A stretch of 35,733 bases of DNA from an uncultured Candidatus Saccharibacteria bacterium (GTDB taxonomy: Bacteria; Patescibacteriota; Minisyncoccia; Sungbacterales; SURF-37): NCBI GenBank assembly GCA_964361655.1, contig CAYIBD010000001.1:8626-44358 (forward strand). Direction: 5' to 3'. Position 1 is the first letter of the stretch. Every line of letters begins with the position of its first letter. A program made the position numbers and the translations under genes. A model generated the notes under the pieces. The model did not search any database. It saw nothing but the letters and a program-made list of their open reading frames with translations, and was not told the origin of the DNA. This document shows positions 32,648 to 35,733 of the stretch, piece by piece.

Positions 32648-33783
32648 CCTACTGCACCTACTGCATCCTGCCCGATACCCGGCCCGGGCTCTCCATCGGC
32701 CCCGATGGAGTGTGTTCGGCCTGTCGGGCGCATGAGGAGAGAGCACAGATTGACTGGGAAGCGCGGCGTAGCGCCTTCGAGGATCTGGTGGGGTCGGTCA
32801 AGCGTCCTCGTCGTGGCTACGATTGCGTTATCCCGGTATCCGGCGGCAAGGACTCCACCTGGCAGGTGGTGACCTGCCTGGAATTCGGGCTCCATCCGAT
32901 CGCCGTGACCTGGAAGCCGCCGGCCCGGACCGAAATCGGCCGCCGGAATCTCGAGAACCTGATTGGCCTCGGCGTAGATCACATGGATTTCAGTATTAGC
33001 CCCGCGGTAGAGAAAAAGTTCCTCCGGCAGGCGTTTGAACGCTACGGCGCGACCGGCATTCCCATGCACATGGCTCTCTTTGCCATACCCCTTACGGTTG
33101 CTGTTCGGTTCGATATTCCGCTCGTGGTGTGGGGCGAGAATTCGGCTGACGAGTACGCCGGCCTCGGCGATCCTGATCGCGGGGAGCGTATGACCGGCCG
33201 GTGGCTGAAACGCTTTGGCGTCACCCACGGAACAACAGCCAAGGACTGGATTTCAGGGGACCTGACCGAGCAAGAACTGACCGAGCAAGAACTAACACCA
33301 TACTTTGGCCCGACCGAGGAGGAACTCGATCAAAAGGGCATCCGGCCGGTTTTCCTCGGCTATTATTTTCCGTGGGATCCGGCTCGAACCTTTGCCGTGG
33401 CTCAAGCGCATGGCTTCCAGGCCAGTAGCGAAGGCCCCAAGACCGGCTATTACGACTTCGCAGATATTGACGATGAATTCATTTCCATCCACCACTGGCT
33501 GAAGTGGTATAAGTTCGGCATCACGCGCCTCTTCGACAACCTGGCGCTGGAAATCAGGAACGGCCGCATGAGTCGGGACGAGGCCATTACGATTTTGAAA
33601 GCGCGCGGTCCAGAGACGCCACAGACCGATATCGAAACGTTCTGCCGCTTTGTCGGCATGACCACGCAAGAGTTTTTCGAAATCGCCGAGCGCTTCCGGA
33701 ATCCGGGGATTTGGACCAAACGCGGCAACATGTGGGTGATGGAAAGCTTCCTGGTGCCGGATTGGGATTGGACGCGTGGATGA
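32644..33783 (+). CDS. N-acetyl sugar amidotransferase (WbuX/WbpG/PseA-like PP-loop ATPase)
   Basis: ATGA overlap. N-terminal CTYCILPDTRPG...CSAC zinc-ribbon, DCVIPVSGGKDSTWQ PP-loop and PLVVWGENSADEYAG, matching the TIGR03573-type pattern as I remember it. Confidence 0.85.
   Translation: MTYCTYCILPDTRPGLSIGPDGVCSACRAHEERAQIDWEARRSAFEDLVGSVKRPRRGYDCVIPVSGGKDSTWQVVTCLEFGLHPIAVTWKPPARTEIGRRNLENLIGLGVDHMDFSISPAVEKKFLRQAFERYGATGIPMHMALFAIPLTVAVRFDIPLVVWGENSADEYAGLGDPDRGERMTGRWLKRFGVTHGTTAKDWISGDLTEQELTEQELTPYFGPTEEELDQKGIRPVFLGYYFPWDPARTFAVAQAHGFQASSEGPKTGYYDFADIDDEFISIHHWLKWYKFGITRLFDNLALEIRNGRMSRDEAITILKARGPETPQTDIETFCRFVGMTTQEFFEIAERFRNPGIWTKRGNMWVMESFLVPDWDWTRG
33262..33291 (+). repeat. Perfect 15-bp in-frame tandem duplication inside the amidotransferase gene
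   Basis: ctgaccgagcaagaa occurs at 33262-33276 and again at 33277-33291, giving ...DLTEQELTEQELTPY... Confidence 0.85.
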
Positions 33784-33813
33784 GGAGTCGCGATCCGGCT
33801 TTGTCTGGTTAGT

Positions 33814-33849
33814 AAAAATCCCCGATGAGAGTTCGCCTCGTCGGGGATT
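33814..33849 (-). terminator. Rho-independent terminator for the minus-strand permease gene, in the convergent gap
   Basis: AATCCCCGATGA (33817-33828) pairs with TCGTCGGGGATT (33838-33849), 12 bp with one G-U pair, 9-nt loop. On the minus strand it is followed by TTTTTAC. Confidence 0.6.
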
Positions 33850-33857
33850 GGCGCGTT

Positions 33858-34793
33858 TCATCTGTTTGGCTGGACTTCCCACCCCAGGTGGTATCCGTAG
33901 GCGGCGAGGAACCCGCCGAGCGCGGCCAAAGCCATCAATGCTCCCTCTAGCCAGCCGAGGCCTTTCGCCTCTTTGAAGGCAAAGAGGCCGATGAGGACAG
34001 GTATGACCATGGCGGCAACGAAAAGAACTGGCTGGAATACTGTGATCGGCGCCACCTGCGCGGTCCAGAAGCTCGTCCAGGCGTTGGCGAAGACGAAGCT
34101 ACTTGAAGCGGCGGCGAGCACGACATCCCGGCGCAAGAACACTCTTTTTCCATCGCTTGCGGCGGTGCTCTCCGGATCGTCCGAGAGCCACGCCGAGAGC
34201 GCAAGCACGGTGACGATGGAGCCGCCGTACCATCCCAGAAGCCACTCGGCTTGGCTGATGCCGGCAAGCGCGAGGGAGCGCTTGAAAAAGGAGGCCAGTC
34301 CCGAGACCGTTGTATAGTAGAGAACGAAGCGGTAGAAGCGGAAGCCCACTTTGTTTCCGTTCTTCGCGGTGCGCATTCGTTCGCTCCCAACTAGGCCAGC
34401 GGTTGCCACGCTCATACAGACGAGCCCGGCACCGAGCCAGCGGTTGATAAACTGGGCTTCGCCGAGGACAACGTAGCCGAGCGCAATGGCCAAAATATCA
34501 TCCCAGAATGTAAGGAGCGAGAACTTTGAGAGGTGCGCCTGCACCGCCCGCCACTGGCAGTAGACCGAGAAGCCGTTGGCTGCACCGAGCACAAGGAGGG
34601 CCAGCGGAGCGCCGGGCGCGGTACCAGGGTGCACGGCGGCGAAGACAGCGAGCGCGAGCGCGAGGCAGAAGATATACTGGAGGAGAAGCCGCCTCTTGAG
34701 ACCCCGCTCATTACTTACCCATCGCTTGAGGAACCATGGATAGACTGCACAGGAATTGGCGATCGTGGCGAGAAGCGGCACGTACCATGGCAC
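33858..34793 (-). CDS. DMT-superfamily (EamA-like) membrane transporter
   Basis: GTG start at 34793 with GAAGGAGGTGAT SD upstream. 311 aa with about 10 hydrophobic segments. Two EamA-like half-repeats end in GEAQFINRWLGAGLVCMSV and FKEAKGLGWLEGALMALAALGG. Confidence 0.55.
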   Translation of the reverse strand: MPWYVPLLATIANSCAVYPWFLKRWVSNERGLKRRLLLQYIFCLALALAVFAAVHPGTAPGAPLALLVLGAANGFSVYCQWRAVQAHLSKFSLLTFWDDILAIALGYVVLGEAQFINRWLGAGLVCMSVATAGLVGSERMRTAKNGNKVGFRFYRFVLYYTTVSGLASFFKRSLALAGISQAEWLLGWYGGSIVTVLALSAWLSDDPESTAASDGKRVFLRRDVVLAAASSSFVFANAWTSFWTAQVAPITVFQPVLFVAAMVIPVLIGLFAFKEAKGLGWLEGALMALAALGGFLAAYGYHLGWEVQPNR

Positions 34794-34965
34794 GTCGCAT
34801 CACCTCCTTCTGGATCGTTTTCTCGAATTACCCTATGAACTCGTAGCACAGGACGCTCCAATCATCAAGATTGAAAAACAGTCAGCAATTTCGGACAGTA
34901 GTACTGATGGCGGCCTCCGACGGGAGGGGAACGGAGGCCTCGCCAAGAGGTATTCCTAATCCATC

Positions 34966-35733
34966 ATGAAATTCATTCCCACTGATCCGCCGCGGCGTTT
35001 CACGGTCGGGCGCCTGGCTCCGATCGAGTTAAAAGATTGCGGTCGCGTCGCGCTCGATCCAGACGAACAGGTAACGTTTGTGACCGAGGCCGGCGGCGAG
35101 TATGACGTGGCGCGCAAAAGTTGGGGCTTTTACGCCACGCCGTCGCTGAACCGCCGCTTGCCGTCGTTCGGGCTCAAGCCCGCGCTCGTCGGGAGCCCGG
35201 ATGGCCGGCGCTATGTTTTTTTGATTGAGCGCGGACGCGAGGACGAGTTTTCCCGCTACGCGGCGAGCGAAAACCTCCGGGTCATCCGTTGGCTCGATTC
35301 CGATCAGGCCCTGGCGGCCATCGAACCGGAAGGAGGGGGTGGTGCGCTTACGTGCCTCTGCGGCGGGAGTCAGTTTTCGCTTGTCTTCCGCTACGATCGC
35401 CCGCCAGCCGGTGAGACGCAGTTTCCCGGCAGCGCCGGACAGCCATACAGCCGAGACGTGTTCCGCTGCGATCAGTGTGGCCACTTTGTCTCAACTTCGC
35501 TCCTTGATTCCAAGGCCCTCTATGGCGGCGCGTACGTGGACGCAACCTATGACGGCGCGAGCGGCATCCGCCGGGCCTACGAGCGGATCATGGCTCTTCC
35601 GCCCGGCGAGTCCGACAATGCCGGCCGGGTCAAGCGCGTTCTTGAATTTGCGGGCGCGTACTTCGCCCCATCAGGTCTCGGCGGCCGGCCGCCAAAGGTG
35701 CTCGACGTTGGCTCCGGGCTTGGCGTGTTCCTG
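34966..35733 (+). CDS. SAM-dependent methyltransferase with an unknown N-terminal domain and Cys4 zinc-ribbon; 3' end outside the window
   Basis: Not in the ORF track because no stop is reached. I translated frame 1 by hand from ATG 34966, the first start after TAA 34957-34959: MKFIPTDPPRRFTVG...CLCGGSQF...RCDQCGHF...KVLDVGSGLGVFL (SAM motif I at the window edge). Confidence 0.65.
   Translation, partial: MKFIPTDPPRRFTVGRLAPIELKDCGRVALDPDEQVTFVTEAGGEYDVARKSWGFYATPSLNRRLPSFGLKPALVGSPDGRRYVFLIERGREDEFSRYAASENLRVIRWLDSDQALAAIEPEGGGGALTCLCGGSQFSLVFRYDRPPAGETQFPGSAGQPYSRDVFRCDQCGHFVSTSLLDSKALYGGAYVDATYDGASGIRRAYERIMALPPGESDNAGRVKRVLEFAGAYFAPSGLGGRPPKVLDVGSGLGVFL

Noticed and set aside
34912-34939. 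8-bp hairpin GGCCTCCG / CGGAGGCC in the divergent region before the last methyltransferase
   Set aside because: It is short, has a 12-nt loop and no U-tract, and is easily produced by chance in GC-rich sequence. I could not find convincing -35/-10 elements around it either.
35029-35484. 151-aa minus-strand ORF near the right edge
   Set aside because: It is antisense to the open + frame from 34966, which carries a zinc-ribbon and the VLDVGSGLG SAM motif. The + strand gene is missing from the track only because it has no stop within the window.
1-35733. CRISPR arrays, rRNA/tRNA genes, transposases, integrases, toxin-antitoxin or defence-system genes
   Set aside because: I scanned the gaps and ORF translations and found no spaced direct repeats, no structured RNA genes, and no DDE, tyrosine or serine recombinase or nuclease/ATPase defence signatures. 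The only mobile-looking element is the four-helix-bundle cassette.

Overview
GC-rich (roughly 60% by eye) bacterial window that is essentially one long cell-envelope glycan biosynthesis island. I count 34 protein-coding genes, 31 on + and 3 on -, and each window edge cuts a gene. I saw no rRNA, tRNA, CRISPR array, transposase or integrase.

Gene order:
- GT1 fragment
- two tandem APH/choline-kinase-fold proteins, the second apparently catalytically dead
- a GT-C-like membrane protein
- a small NDP-sugar pyrophosphorylase, a GT1 and a NUDIX hydrolase
- a polyprenyl-phosphate GT2 (Dpm1/Ppm1/ArnC-like)
- an AT-rich 23S-IVS/Avd-type four-helix-bundle gene bracketed by a C-rich and a G-rich repeat block
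- an ArnT/PMT-like GT-C, a Wzx-like flippase and a GT1
- two tandem PhyH-type Fe(II)/2OG dioxygenases
- a minus-strand Zn-ribbon SAM methyltransferase
- gmd, a His-for-Lys (ColD/E1-type) DegT-family enzyme and an RmlD-like reductase (predicted GDP-3,6-dideoxyhexose branch)
- a GT1
- a TagB/TagF/SpsB-like transferase, a third PhyH and a second TagF-like transferase
- a translationally coupled run of cytidylyltransferase, Gfo/Idh/MocA oxidoreductase, DegT aminotransferase, SDR epimerase/dehydratase, ArnA-like N-formyltransferase, degenerate HIT-like protein and NeuB-family synthase
- a minus-strand orphan
- an AsnB-like amidotransferase coupled to a WbuX/WbpG-type PP-loop amidotransferase
- a minus-strand DMT/EamA permease
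- a second Zn-ribbon methyltransferase fragment

Thirteen + strand gene junctions are 4-nt ATGA/GTGA start-stop overlaps.

Most worth a second look:
- the TagF-like/PhyH interleaving and the threefold PhyH expansion
- the IVS-like four-helix-bundle cassette with complementary C-rich/G-rich flanks
- the ColD-type His substitution next to gmd
- the formyltransferase/HIT-like/NeuB module, which has no recognisable N-acetyltransferase or NDP-sugar hydrolase
- the candidate pseudokinase

All functional calls come from motif recognition by eye. No database search was run.
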